Assembly: GCF_963921235.1 (NCBI RefSeq)
Contig: NC_086097.1
Location: forward strand, 92,320,001-92,384,000
DNA length: 64,000 nucleotides
Reading direction: 5' to 3'
Source of the DNA: Mobula hypostoma
Lineage: Eukaryota
Below, piece after piece: positions 11,447 through 23,399 of this stretch. The first letter of the stretch is position 1. Each line of letters begins with the position of its first letter. A model generated the notes under the pieces. That model did not search any database and was not told the DNA's origin. It saw only the letters and a program-made list of their open reading frames with translations. The position numbers and the translations under genes are program-made.

Positions 11447-14400
11447 TATAGAAACAGAAAACCTACAGCACAATAAAGGCCCTTCAGCCCACAAAGCTGT
11501 GCTAAACATGTCCTTACATTAGAACTGCCTAGCCTTACCCATAGCCCTCTATTTTTCTAAGCTCCATGTACCTATCCAGGAGTCTCTTATAAGACCCTAT
11601 CATATCCGCCTCCATCGCTGCCACCAGCAGCCCATTCCACGCACTCACCACTCTCTGCGTAAAAAAAAAACTTACCCCTGACATCTCCTCTGTACCTACT
11701 TCCAAACACCTTAAAACTATGCCCTCTCATGCTAGCCGTTTCAGCCCTGGGAAAAAACTTCTGACTATACACATGATCAATGCCTCTCATCATCTTGTAC
11801 ACCTCTATCAGGTGACCTCTCACCCTCAGCCTTTTTTTTGCTTGGAGACACAAAGTTCACTCAACCTATTCTCATAAGGCATGCTCCCCAATACAGGCAA
11901 CATCCTTGTAAATCTCCTCTGCACCCTTTCTATGGTTTCCATGTCCTTCCTGTAGTGAGGTGACCAGAATTGAGCATAGTACTCTAGGAGGGGTCTGATC
12001 AGGGTCCTATATAGCTGCAACATTACCTCTCAGCTCTTAAACTCAATCCCACGGTCGATGAAGGTCTGCACCGTATGTCTTCTTAACCACAGGGTCAACC
12101 TGTGTAGCAGTTTTGAGTGTCCTATGGACTTAGATCCCAAGATCCCTCTGATCCTCCACACTGCCAAGAATCTTGCCATTAATGCTATATTCTGCCATCA
12201 TATTTGACCTACCAAAATGAACCACCACATACTTAACTGGGTTGAACTCCATCTGCCACTTATCAGCCCAGTTTTGCATCCTATCAATGTCCCGCTGTAA
12301 CCTCTGACTGCCCTCCACACTATTCACAACACCCCCAACCTTTGTGTCATCAGCAAACTTACTAACCCATCCCTCCACTTCCTCATCCAGGTCATTTATA
12401 AAAATCACAAAGAGAAGGGGTCCCAGAATAGATCCCTGAGACACACCACTGGCCACCAGCCTCCATGCAGAATATGACCCGTCTACAACCACTCTTTGCC
12501 TTCTGTGGGCAAGCCAGTTCTGGATCCACAAAGCAATGTCCCCTTGGATCCCACTCTTCCTTGCTTTCTCAATAAGTCTGGCATGGGGTACCTTATCAAA
12601 TGCCTTGCTGAAATCCATATACACTACATCTATGGCTCTACCTTCAATGTGTTTATCACATCTTCAAAAAATTCAATGAGGCTCATAAGGCATGACCTGC
12701 CTTTGACAAAGCCATGTTGACTATTCCTAATCATTTTATACCTCTCCAAATGTTCATAAATCCTGCATCTCAGGATCTTCTCCGTCGACTTACCAACCAC
12801 TGAAGTAAGACTCGCTAGTCTATAATTTCCTGGGCTATCCCTACTGCCTTTCTTCATTAAGAGAACAACACCTGCAACCCTCTAATCCTCTGGAATCTCT
12901 CCCATCCTCATTGATGATGCAAAGATCATCGCCAGAGGCTCAACAATCTCCTCCCTCACACCCACAGTAGCCTGGGGTGCATCCCATCTAGTCCTGATGA
13001 CTTATCCAACTTGATGCTTTCCAAAAGCTCCAGTACATCTTCTTCCTTAATATCTACATGCTCAAGCTTTTCAGTCCACTGCAAGTCATCCCTACAATTG
13101 CCAAGATCCTTTTTTGTAGTGAATACTGAAGCAAAGTATTCATTAAGTACCTCTACCATCTCCCCTGGTTCCATACACACTTTTCCACTGTCAAACTTGA
13201 TTCATCTCATTCTCTCACATCTTATCCTCTTGCTCTTCACATACTTACAGAATGCCTTGGGGTTTTCCTTAATCCTGTCTGCCAAGGCCTTCTCATGGCC
13301 CCTTCTGTCTCCTAATTTCTTTCTTAAGCTCCTTCCTGTTAGCCTTATAATCTTCTAGATCTCTATCATTACCAAGCTTTTTGAACCTTCTGTAAACTGC
13401 TCTTTTCTTCTTGACTATATTTACAACAGGCTTTGTACACCACTGTTCCTGTACCCTACCATCTTTTCCCTGTCTCACTGGAACGCATCTACGTAGAACC
13501 CCACACAAATATCCCCTGAACATTTGCCACATTTCTTCCATACGTTTCCCTGAGAACATCTGTTTCCAAGTTATGCTTCCAAGTTCCTGCCTGATGGCCT
13601 CATATTCCCCCTTACTCCAATTAAATGATTCCCTAACTTGTCTGTTCCTGTCCCTCTCCAATGCTATGGTAAAGGAGATAGAATTGCGATCACTGTCTCC
13701 AAAATGCTCTTCCACTGAGAGACCCGACACCTGACCAGGTTCATTTCCCAATACCAGATTAAGTACAGCCTCTCCGTTTGTAGGATTATCTACATATTGT
13801 GTCAGGAAACCTTCCTGAACACAGCTAACAAACTCCACCCCTTCTAAACCCCTCACTCTAGGGAAATGCCAATCAATATTTTGGAAATTAAAATCTCTCA
13901 CCACAACAACCCTGTTATTATTACTCCTTTCCAGAATCTGTCTCCCTATCTGCTCTTCGATTTCCTGGCTATTATTGGGTAGTCTATAAAAACACCCAGT
14001 AGAGTTATTGACCCCCTCCTATTCCTTACTTCCACCCACAGAGACTCTGGAGAACCCCTCCATGACTTCCTCCTTTTCTGCAGCTGTGAAACTATCTCTG
14101 ATCAGCAGTGCCACATCCCCACCTTTTTTGCCTCCCCCCCACCCCCGTCCCTTCTGAAACTTCTAAAGCCTGGCACTTGAAGTAGCCATTCCTGCCCCTG
14201 CACCATCCAAGTCTCTGTAATGGCACAACATCATAGCTCCAAATGCTGATCCACACTCTGAGCTCACCCGCTTCATTCATGATACCCCTCGCATTAAAAT
14301 AGACACATCTTAAACCATTGGTCTGAGTTCGTCCCTTCTCTATTACCTGCCTATCCTCCCTTTTGTGCTTTCTCCAACCTTCCTCTATTTGTGAGCCAAC

Positions 14401-15008
14401 CTCCCTTCCTCTGTCACATCAGTTCAGTTCCCAACCCCCAGCAATTCTACTTTAAACTCTCCCCAATAGCCTTAGCAAACCTCCCCACCAGGATACTGGT
14501 TCCCCTCAGATTCAAGTGCAGCCCATCCCTTTTGTACAGGTCACACCTACCCCAGAAGAGGTCCCAATGATCCAGAAATCTGAATCCCTGCCCCCTGCTC
14601 CAATCCCTCACCCACGCATTTATCCTCCACCTCATTCTATTCCTATACTCATTGACACATGGCACAGGCAGTAATCCCGCGATTACTACCTTTGAGGTCC
14701 TACTTCTCAACTTCCTTCCTAACTCCCTGTAGTCTGCTTTCAGGACCTCCTCCCTTTTCCTACCTATGTCATTGGTACCAATATGTACCACGACCCTGGC
14801 ATCTGGGAGGCAAACTACCATGTGTTTCTTTCCTGCGTCCACAGAATCCCTTGTCTGACCCCCTAACTATAGAGTCCCCTATGACTGCTGCCATCCTCTT
14901 CTTTTCCCTACCCTTATGAGCCACAGGGCCAGACTCTGTGCCAGAGGCATGGCCACTGTTGCTTCCCCCAGGTATGCTGTCCCCCCCAACAGTACTCAAA
15001 CAGGAGTA
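11447..15008 (-). mobile_element. Near full-length CR1 LINE with frameshifts (ORF1 SGNH esterase, ORF2 APE+RT)
   Basis: ORF1 motifs VIGDSIVRG, VHIGTNDI and DGLHLN. ORF2 motifs YMDFSKAFDKVPH, QGSILGPLLF and KFADDTK. The 3' tail is at ~11447-11460. Confidence 0.93.
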
Positions 15009-16128
15009 CTTTGCCATACAACACATACACTTTCCATTAGAACAACCACACTGACACTGCCAGATTACTCCAGCACGAGTCCACCAGTTAACATACACCG
15101 ACCCCAACAAAGAACCCACACCATACAGAATAAAACCCATTATACCCATCCTTTTGTAAATCCTGCCATATTAGTCCCAACAATAAAAATGTGACTGTGT
15201 CAGCTTGATAAAACCCCACTGTACCTCCTCAGCACAAAACACCAACCCACGATGAAAGCTGGTGTACTGACCCCATCCAAAGACCTCTACTCTTCTTAAT
15301 CTAACAAACATATCAAAATTAAATACATCTCTTTCACCCTACCATTAAATCCTAAAAACTGACATCATTCCAAGCCTTTCTTTCTGACCTGAGCACAAAT
15401 CCCAGCACCAACTCCACCATCAAGATCTAGCAGTGACCCAGTGTGTGTACACTAACCAGACTCACCTTCCCACGAAATCTATTATGATCACACTACAAAG
15501 CCACACCAAACGACTATAATTCAACACACCAACATTGCAAAATATATCATACCGTCCCAATATTTACACACTCCCCATCTCATTGACCCTACTATGAAAT
15601 CCATTACATTCTCTCCACGGCAGATAATTTGAAGTAAAACCCACCTTGCTGGAAATCCCACCACTGCACAACTTCAACCGCACAGTTCTTACCGTAACAC
15701 TAAGCACCCCCCTCCCTGAACTCTTAATGGTCTGTCCTTGCAATGAGATCTACTACTGTGGGTCAACCAACCCCCATTATAAAAGCCTCCATCCTGACCA
15801 GCCACCATACCGAAAATCACACTAATGATGACCTCATCAGAAAATTCTGCCGTATTAAAACCACCATGCAACTCAACTAAATGACCCACCCATCACAAGA
15901 TCCAACACGGTGCCCCCCCCCCAGGAAGCCCATAAGTTGGCCCCACAATAAGACGAACACTCGCCACAAGAAAGCCCTCTACATGGAGCGTATCATAAAA
16001 CTCCAATCAAACTGACGGCACAAACACCACCGTGGTGCATCATGTAGACCACCCAACAGGACCACTTCAGTGTAAACTCACCTTTAACCTAAGCACACCG
16101 ACCTCCGTCAATACACTCATCAATACAG

Positions 16129-16132
<4 letters not shown>

Positions 16133-16185
<53 letters not shown>
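16133..16185. repeat. (TG)n microsatellite
   Basis: Perfect TG run of ~53 bp. Confidence 0.97.
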
Positions 16186-16188
<3 letters not shown>

Positions 16189-16582
16189 ACTATAAAACAT
16201 ACACCGTTCTCACTACGAGTCCCTTCTCACTGACACCAGTCTAACCTTCACCACTCTGACACCACCGTAACTCTGCAACTACCATCACTCCCGCAGCACA
16301 ATCCCAACATACTCACACCATACACATCCCCTCCGTCCCTTTCATTTTACCCCAGTACGGTGAACCCCGTTCATGATTATTCCATATCACATGCCATGCA
16401 ATAAGGTACCCCACAAAGAAATTGAGATTTGGCCCGCTCATAAAATCCACGCCATTTCTGCTCAGGGAATACTACTTTTTTCCCGTACCCCGTTTCTGCC
16501 TGACCTCAGTCCTACCTGAATCGAAGGGACAGGGATTGGGATTCAGACCCTTGGGACAAAGCGGAGGCATGTGTCTACTTAC

Positions 16583-16646
16583 CCAAGGAAAGGAGCAGGT
16601 AAAGCATTAGGAGGTGGGGGCGGGCTGCCACCGGTGTTGAGCCCAT
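16583..16646 (-). CDS. First coding exon (signal peptide MGSTPVAARPHLLMLYLLLSL/G) of an unidentified secreted or membrane protein; remaining exons not found
   Basis: Kozak context GCCATGG, a hydrophobic Leu-rich core and a consensus donor TGG|GTAAGT in phase 1, inside CpG-rich DNA. Confidence 0.7.
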
Positions 16647-17216
16647 GGCTCCGCCAGAGCCGTGTCGTAGAGTTCTCCCTCTTGCCTTCAGTCCCGTACT
16701 GATGTGCTTTCTGACTCGGGGAGTGGATGCTGCGCTGCTCTGCTCTGCTCCAACGGAGCGACGCCCGACACTGCCGACACTCGTGGAGTTACACGTTAGA
16801 CTCTTCTCCAAAACTAAATCATATGACCCGCTTAATTTAATCGAGCCAAAGAAAAATCTCTCAATCAGAGCTGCAAAGATGCGTCATCTTATTCAGACTG
16901 AACTTCTGACAGACATCGGATGTGAATTCAGCACTCTTTTCAACGACCCCCTTGTATTGAAATAGAGGAGCGCGCTTGTACTACGCATTCGCCACTATGC
17001 TTTAAAATATTGTGTTGGTGATGCATCCACACTTCAAATAAATTAAATCAATCACATTTAACCAAAACATTCTCGCCCGTTCAGCACTCCTCTATTTTAA
17101 TGCCCAGCAAGCTGCCGTGAAACGACCTGCAATAGTTTAGTACCTATCACGGTCTTACGGGTAGTCCGAGCGCATTTTACAAGCTACTGTTGTATAGAGT
17201 TGTCGTCACTGCTGTA
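16647..17216. promoter_or_regulatory. CpG-rich promoter/5' UTR region, possibly bidirectional
   Basis: Local CpG enrichment without recognisable TE sequence. CRE-like near-palindrome AGATGCGTCATCT at 16877-16889 and CCAAT-like TCAATCAG at 16861-16868. Confidence 0.55.
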
Positions 17217-17342
17217 ATGGAGAACAACACCCAGGGCTTTAATAGAGTCGAAACGGAGACTGCTGCTTGGAGCAAGTCTCTTCGGAATGGTCACTTGGAA
17301 ATACGGTTGCCAACGCGGAGTTCAGAACCACAGGGAACTGAG
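17217..17342 (+). CDS. Candidate first exon of a head-to-head gene (MENNTQGFNRVETETAAW...QGTE)
   Basis: GTAATGG Kozak context, 42 open codons and donor GAG|GTGGGC in phase 0. No homology recognised. Confidence 0.3.
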
Positions 17343-18577
17343 GTGGGCATAATAAATGCAGAGGATGGAGGGAGAGGGGCGAGAAAGCTATGCGCGGAGG
17401 TAGATGAGGAAAGGCTGTGTATGAACCGCAACATCACAAAATGTGATTAGCCCTAATTACACTCTCCGTTTTTACGTCACACCTGCCTTGAATGCCAGTC
17501 TGGTCTTTGACTATTGATACCAGGGTGTGACTTCAGATTGACACCATCCTGAACGCGTGGGTTTGAGGGTAATTCCTGCAAGTGCACCCCCTCCTTAAAA
17601 ATAGTGTTTAAACTGTCTGCTAACTCTCCCTTTCCACCACTGACTGACAGATCAGTCTCCCCTTTAATCTAATGCTAAACAATTAACTGGAATATTTTTG
17701 GAAACATGGGCTAATTAACTGCATTTAATGTTGACTGTTAAAGGTGATTTTGTTTAACATGACTGAACTAGTTAAAGCTAAAGACGAGAGTGGGTGAGGG
17801 GTGCATTGATGTTGTCCGTGGTTTGGAAAGGAATTTGACAAACTTTTCATAATAAACACTAACGGAATTGTAGCCTATGCGAATCTAGAAGCAGGGACCC
17901 TCAAGGAACAGAAAGCTGGAAACAATAATTTAAATATCTCACAAAACAGTGGGAGGCTATTCAGTCAACTGAGTCTATGCCATATCCTAGGAGAGAAATC
18001 CAATTGGTCCCATTTCCTCTCTCCTTATTTCCGTGTCTCCCAGCTCCCCTTTGATTCTTTTTGCCTTCAATCTTCACCAGGTGGTAATTGACACTACCAA
18101 CACATATCCGGGAGGAGCAGTCAAAGGAAGAAGACATCCACTCCACACAGCCAGCATCCGAGATCAGGATGGAACCTGCCCCATAGGAGCTATCTACTGC
18201 ACCTCCAGTGGCTGGCTTTGGAATTGCTGTTAGTTCTTGATAGCGATTAGCGACGGGTTGGAATTATTTCAAGTTTGCTGTTGGCTCAAACATTGAAATG
18301 CAGTAAACAGATGGGAAAGTAGTTGTAAACTTTATTAGGTATTAGGCAGATGAACTTCACCTGCCATGTTTCATTTGGCAGAATGAACAAGAAGCCATGT
18401 AAATTAACTTACCTAATTTTAAAGTTGGCAGTATAGAAAGTGCCCAAGGGCCAATCATTTGGTAGGCTTAGATTACTGGTTAGGCTTCAACTGAGGTACT
18501 GCATCCCACTCTACGCAACAGACTTCTTGATGTCAACTTCTTAGTGATGGTGTAAGGGAGATGGATTCCACAGAGAG

Positions 18578-18862
18578 TGGCACTGTGGTATTGCAATGAA
18601 GAGAATGTTAGTGCAACGCTTTACACTACCAGTTGTAAGATTGGGGTTTGATTCCTGGTGCTGTGTGTAAGGAGTTCTCCCATGACCACGCGGGTACTCC
18701 AGTTCCAATATTCTAATGACATACTGTTAATGACTTGTGGGCATGCAGTGTTGGTGCAGTGAGCACAGAACACTTGGGGCTGCCCCGCACCATTCTCGCT
18801 GATTTGATCTGATGCAAATGACATGCTTTGATGCAGATGTGACAAATAAAGCTAATCTTTAT
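18578..18862 (+). mobile_element. tRNA-derived SINE (V-SINE-like)
   Basis: B-box-like GGTTTGATTCC, TTCTCCCATGACCACGCGGGT core and an AATAAA-containing tail. Confidence 0.6.
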
Positions 18863-20526
18863 TTGTAGCAGGGATGTGACGCATTTCGTAATGATGAGAT
18901 ACAAGAGAAACGAGTGTTATTTGATTCAAAGCAAAGATTGGGGTGGGGGAGATATGACTTATATTAAAAATCTTAAATGTTTTTAATAGATTCAATCGGC
19001 AGTAAAGTCAGCAGCCCAGAAATGGATTGTAGATTATTGGCAACAGGGCAGAAGTGACGTAGGTTTTATGCATTGAGCTATTATGATCTGGATATTGAAC
19101 AGCCTCCAAGCTTGATGCAGGCAAAATCATCAATAACTTCTGAAAGGAAATTGGTTGAAAAAAAATGGTAAAATATGGGAAAAGCATATGACATTGGGGC
19201 TTGTTTGATAGTCAGTCGAAGGAACCATCATAAAGCGAACAATCCTCTTCTCTGTTAAATTTCTTTGTAACTGCATGATACTCTTCTTGGACTGGACACA
19301 CTCCTTTAAAACTGATGTTTACCAATCTCTTTAATCTGGGCATTCTCCATTTTTTACTTGTGTTTATCAGTGACATTGATACAACTTGACTAAAAACATC
19401 ATTTATTGACACTTTTTCTGAAATAAATTGTGGTCTAAAATTGATGGACTATCACCACAAATAATGAAGAGGCAAGTGGAGTTCAAAAATTATTAATATA
19501 AATCTTTAAAAAATTGAAAATTAAATATAAGTGGAGGCACTAAATTACATTCATATTTAACATTGTTATCGGTGTTCACTTATAAACAACAGTAGAAAAA
19601 ACGGAAGCAGGCGAAGCCAATGCCAACTAGCCCAGCTGTTTGCCATCTAAATACTGATGTGTGCACCAGGTCTGTGAAGATTTCAAAATGTATCATCCAA
19701 TGTCAAAATGTATCATCCAATGTCATGTGCTGTTGCAACCATCTAGCTGGTACCATGTTGCGTGATATATTTTCTGTGAAAACATCTCACTGCTCTCGGA
19801 TTGTAAAAAAAATCATTCACTGCTTCATTTGGCAGTAAAGGTAATCATTATGTATTGTTTTATTATGGGTGGGAGTTTAAAGAATCAAAGGGTAGGACTA
19901 CTTGCTACCTGCCAACAAAATGTTTTTGAAAACACCTATCATAGATTTGCCACCCCTGTGTAGCACAACTCTGACTAAGTTCTGATTCAGGTCCTCCACT
20001 GGACAGTTTCTCTCCCACAGGTGCTGCCTGACTGCTGCGCATTTCCAGCATTTTCTGTTTTTGTTTTAGATGAACGGCATCTGCAGGATTTTATTTTAGC
20101 CTTTCTATTTCTTTGGGGAACTCATTTATTCTAGTCTGCGATATTTTGGCCATGATACCTCACTGAGAAATGGATCCCGGGTGATCCAGATTGTTGGCTC
20201 TTCTGTTGTCTCCTCGCCTGTTACTGTGTCGAGCATAAGGCAATCAGGAGGATTTTGGAAGGAGATATTGGGTGCCTGGATGGACCATTGAGTGGTTTGC
20301 TGTACTCTCTAGAGAGGTTCTCAGCACACAAAGAACATTAATCTGATCTAAATTGCCCCTTTAAATTCTACATTAGGTCTTCAGTCTCACCCTATAAGAG
20401 CTATTCCCTTTGTTCCACCTACTCCCTTCTCCCACTTTCTTTGCTATCTAGTTTTCCTTCTTTCCAAGTTCTGATGAAATGTCTCAGATTCAAAAAGTTA
20501 AGTTTCTCTCTTGGCAGATGTTGAGG

Positions 20527-20832
20527 TTTCAGAATCAGGTTTAACATCACTGGCATATGTTGTAAAATTTGTTGTTTTGTGGCAGCATTACATTGCAATG
20601 CATGTATGTTAAATTAAATAAGTAGTGCAAAAACAGAAAAAAAAGTGTTGAGATAGTGTTCATGGGTTCAATGTCTGATGGTAGAGGGGAAGAAGCTATT
20701 CCTGTATCGTTGAGTATGTATCTTCAGGCCCCTGTACCTCCTCCTTGATGGTAGCAATGAGAAGAGAGCATGTCCTGGGTGATGGGGTCCTCAATGATGG
20801 ATGCCGCCTTTTTGAGGCATCATTCCTTGAAT
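20527..20832 (-). mobile_element. LINE 3' end fragment (Rex/L2-type tail)
   Basis: Shares CCTGTACCTCCTCC...GATGGTAGCAATGAGAAGAGAGCAT with the fragments at 30785-31418, 45843-46460 and 52228-52690. Confidence 0.65.
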
Positions 20833-21199
20833 ATTTCCAGTATCTTCTGCTTTTACTTCATTTTCCCAGTGTCTGCAGTGTTTTTTAAATTTTTTATTAA
20901 CAATACCAACTGGCCTGGCACCATTAATATCAGTTTACTTTGACTTAGATTCATTCTTGTTGAGGGTCTAACTACAAGGTTTCCACATGAGTTGCTATTA
21001 ATTCTCAGTGGCTGAAGCTATTTCCAGGATCTGCCATGAGTTCCAGTTTGAAGGGACATTAACCTGGGGAATTTACAGCCTCCATGTACTGTTCTAGTTT
21101 CTTCAGCTGAACAAAGCAATCTGATAACAAATACTAAACATGCTCAATCTATCTAACCATCTTAGCAGTATTGGGGAGAAGTGCGACATACCCCTGTAC

Positions 21200-21690
21200 T
21201 GGTATTGATATTGGTTTATTAATGGCACATGTACCAAGATACAGTGAAAGACTTGTCTTGTATGCTGTTCATTCAGATCAAATGATTACACAGTGCATTG
21301 TGGAGGAACAAGGTAAAACAATAACAATGCACAATAAAGTGTAAAGGCTACAGAAAGAGTGCAGTGCAGGTAAAGAATGAATTACAGCATAATAATGAGA
21401 TAGATTGTGAGGCCAGTAGTCCATATTTTCATTCAAGAGATCCATTCAAGTGTCTGATAACTGTGAGATAGAAGCTATCATTAAACCCAGTGGCATGTTC
21501 TTTCAGGCTTTTGTATCTCCTCCCAATGGGAGAGAAAATATTTGGGGTGGGTGCGGGGGGTCTTTGATGATGTTGGCTACCTTACTGAGGTAGTGAGAAG
21601 TATAGACAGAGGCCATAGAGGGGAGGCTGGTTCCTGTGATGTGCGGAACTATTGCCATACCAAGCCAGTATGCATCCAGACAGAATGCTT
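21200..21690 (-). mobile_element. Decayed LINE 3' end fragment
   Basis: GGTTTATT tail start and decayed RT C-terminal similarity to the other Rex/L2-type fragments. Confidence 0.5.
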
Positions 21691-22058
21691 TCTCAAGTGC
21701 TTATTTTCTCAAACTAAGTTCAGCTCCTGATTACATTAATTATAGGAAAGTATCTACAAGAAGATTAATGTCATTACTACTGCTGCTCTTCCAAACAGTG
21801 AAAAGGCAGTACTTGCCCTTTGAGGTTAATGGCTACATGTGCCATTGCTTACAATATCAATTACTCTGCCAGCTTTATGCCCTTGTGATCCCAGTGGTCA
21901 AGAGTGTGTGAAAGATTATGCTCACAATGAAAACCTTGTACTGTTTATGGCTTCATAGCTGGAGGAATTCATTTGTAAGCATGAGATAACACACAATGGA
22001 TTCTTTGCATCAGAAGGGTCACAACTAGATGATTCCCTTCTTGTTTGTATTTTCCGAG

Positions 22059-22355
22059 GTCTCTATTAGCGGATCTTCCCACTTCTTCCATCCAACCATT
22101 GTTGAGGGTTTGGAAGGGGGTCACCAGCAGAAGCCTGTTGATTTAGCTGTAGACACAATAAATCTACCTCCCTCCCAATGTCAAAGTCAAATACAACCAG
22201 TAATAGAGGAAGAAATTGACATATCAATCGATTACATAGAGCACAACACATCAATTGCTGCACTCCATGCTTTGGGCATGGATCCTCCATCATTCCCACA
22301 GCACAAAATAGATCATATGGATTGTACATCAAACAAATACTTGAAAACAAAATGA
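22059..22355 (+). CDS. Candidate terminal exon (VSISGSSHFFHPTIVEG...KYLKTK*)
   Basis: Polypyrimidine tract with an atypical GAG acceptor, then 98 open codons of unique sequence, phase-compatible with 17217-17342. Confidence 0.25.
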   Translation, partial: VSISGSSHFFHPTIVEGLEGGHQQKPVDLAVDTINLPPSQCQSQIQPVIEEEIDISIDYIEHNTSIAALHALGMDPPSFPQHKIDHMDCTSNKYLKTK

Positions 22356-22924
22356 AAAGAGTATTTCCACTTATATACCATTTATGTTTAACATCACCTT
22401 CGTGCTTTCCTTTAGTAACACTTTCAAAGCTGGTCTGGTGGGCCTTCTCTGTCTGACACTGATCTTCCTGCACGCGTGTGGGAGGATGCGGCATTACAGT
22501 ACAGACCGCAGTCGGAACTGATGAGCGCCCTAATGACTCTGGGCCGAGGCAGCTGCTCTCTACCCATTAAATCCAAGAGTCTCGCCAGATCAAATGCACC
22601 TCTTTGAAGGGTCCACTAAGAAACATTCCACTAAGTGTTCAGATCTGAGCTGATGCTTGGATCTCCCAAGCACGATGAAACTATGTTCCCCTCCCCTTTC
22701 TGAGTTTAGCACATCCAGGCAGAGATGGTCGCCAGCCAACATCCCCTATGATTCTTCTGCAATATAGGTCAAAATGTGAAGGGAAGGTGCTGACTAGTAA
22801 GAGATTACACTGACACAAGGCAAAGCATGCAATGTCATTAAAGGGGGAAGATCTAAAAGGTTAGACTAACTATATAAGTCGATCATCATCATTCAAATGT
22901 ATTACATCCTGCATGGAAGCAGAG

Positions 22925-23115
22925 AGCAACAAACAGCTCGTTGTCAGGACTCAGCAAGTCGAGCAGTTTTTGTGGGAGGAAAAGAATTGACGATGTTCCA
23001 GATCGAAGGGCTTCAACCCGAAATGTCAACAATTCCTTTTCTCCCACAGATGTTATTTGACCCATTGAGCTCCTCCAGCAGATTGTTTGTTACTCCAGAT
23101 GCCAGCATCTGTCAT
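22925..23115. mobile_element. Miniature inverted-repeat Penelope-derived element
   Basis: Two inverted copies of the PLE terminal motif (TGTGGGAGGAAAAGAATTG vs CAATTCCTTTTCTCCCACA). Confidence 0.6.
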
Positions 23116-23399
23116 CTTTTCCACCTTCATACAAACATAGAAAACAGGAGGAGAAATAGGCCATTCAGTCCTTCAAATCTGTTCCACCATTCTTCAGGAT
23201 TCTATATTCTTTTCCTAGTTCTTTGCATATCTCCCAATCCCTTGGCATTAAGAAATATATCTATTGCCTCCCTGAATATAATGATTTGGCCTCCACTGCA
23301 TTCTCTGCCAGAAAATTCCAAGGTTCATCACCCTCTCCCTCTTGGTTCTAAATGAAATACCCCTAACCTGAGTCTGTAACTCTCGGTCCCAGCGGAAGT

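Larger units (their letters stand above)
10140..16450. repeat. Highly degenerate C/A-rich repeat tract (recurring ATAAAACCCACCAT-like motif), interrupted by Tigger and CR1
   Basis: The motif recurs in 10140-10400, 11280-11440 and 15010-16450, with strong G depletion on the plus strand. Confidence 0.5.

Noticed and set aside
19683..19725. 20-bp tandem duplication TCAAAATGTATCATCCAATG
   Set aside because: Real, but an ordinary slippage event with no sign of function.
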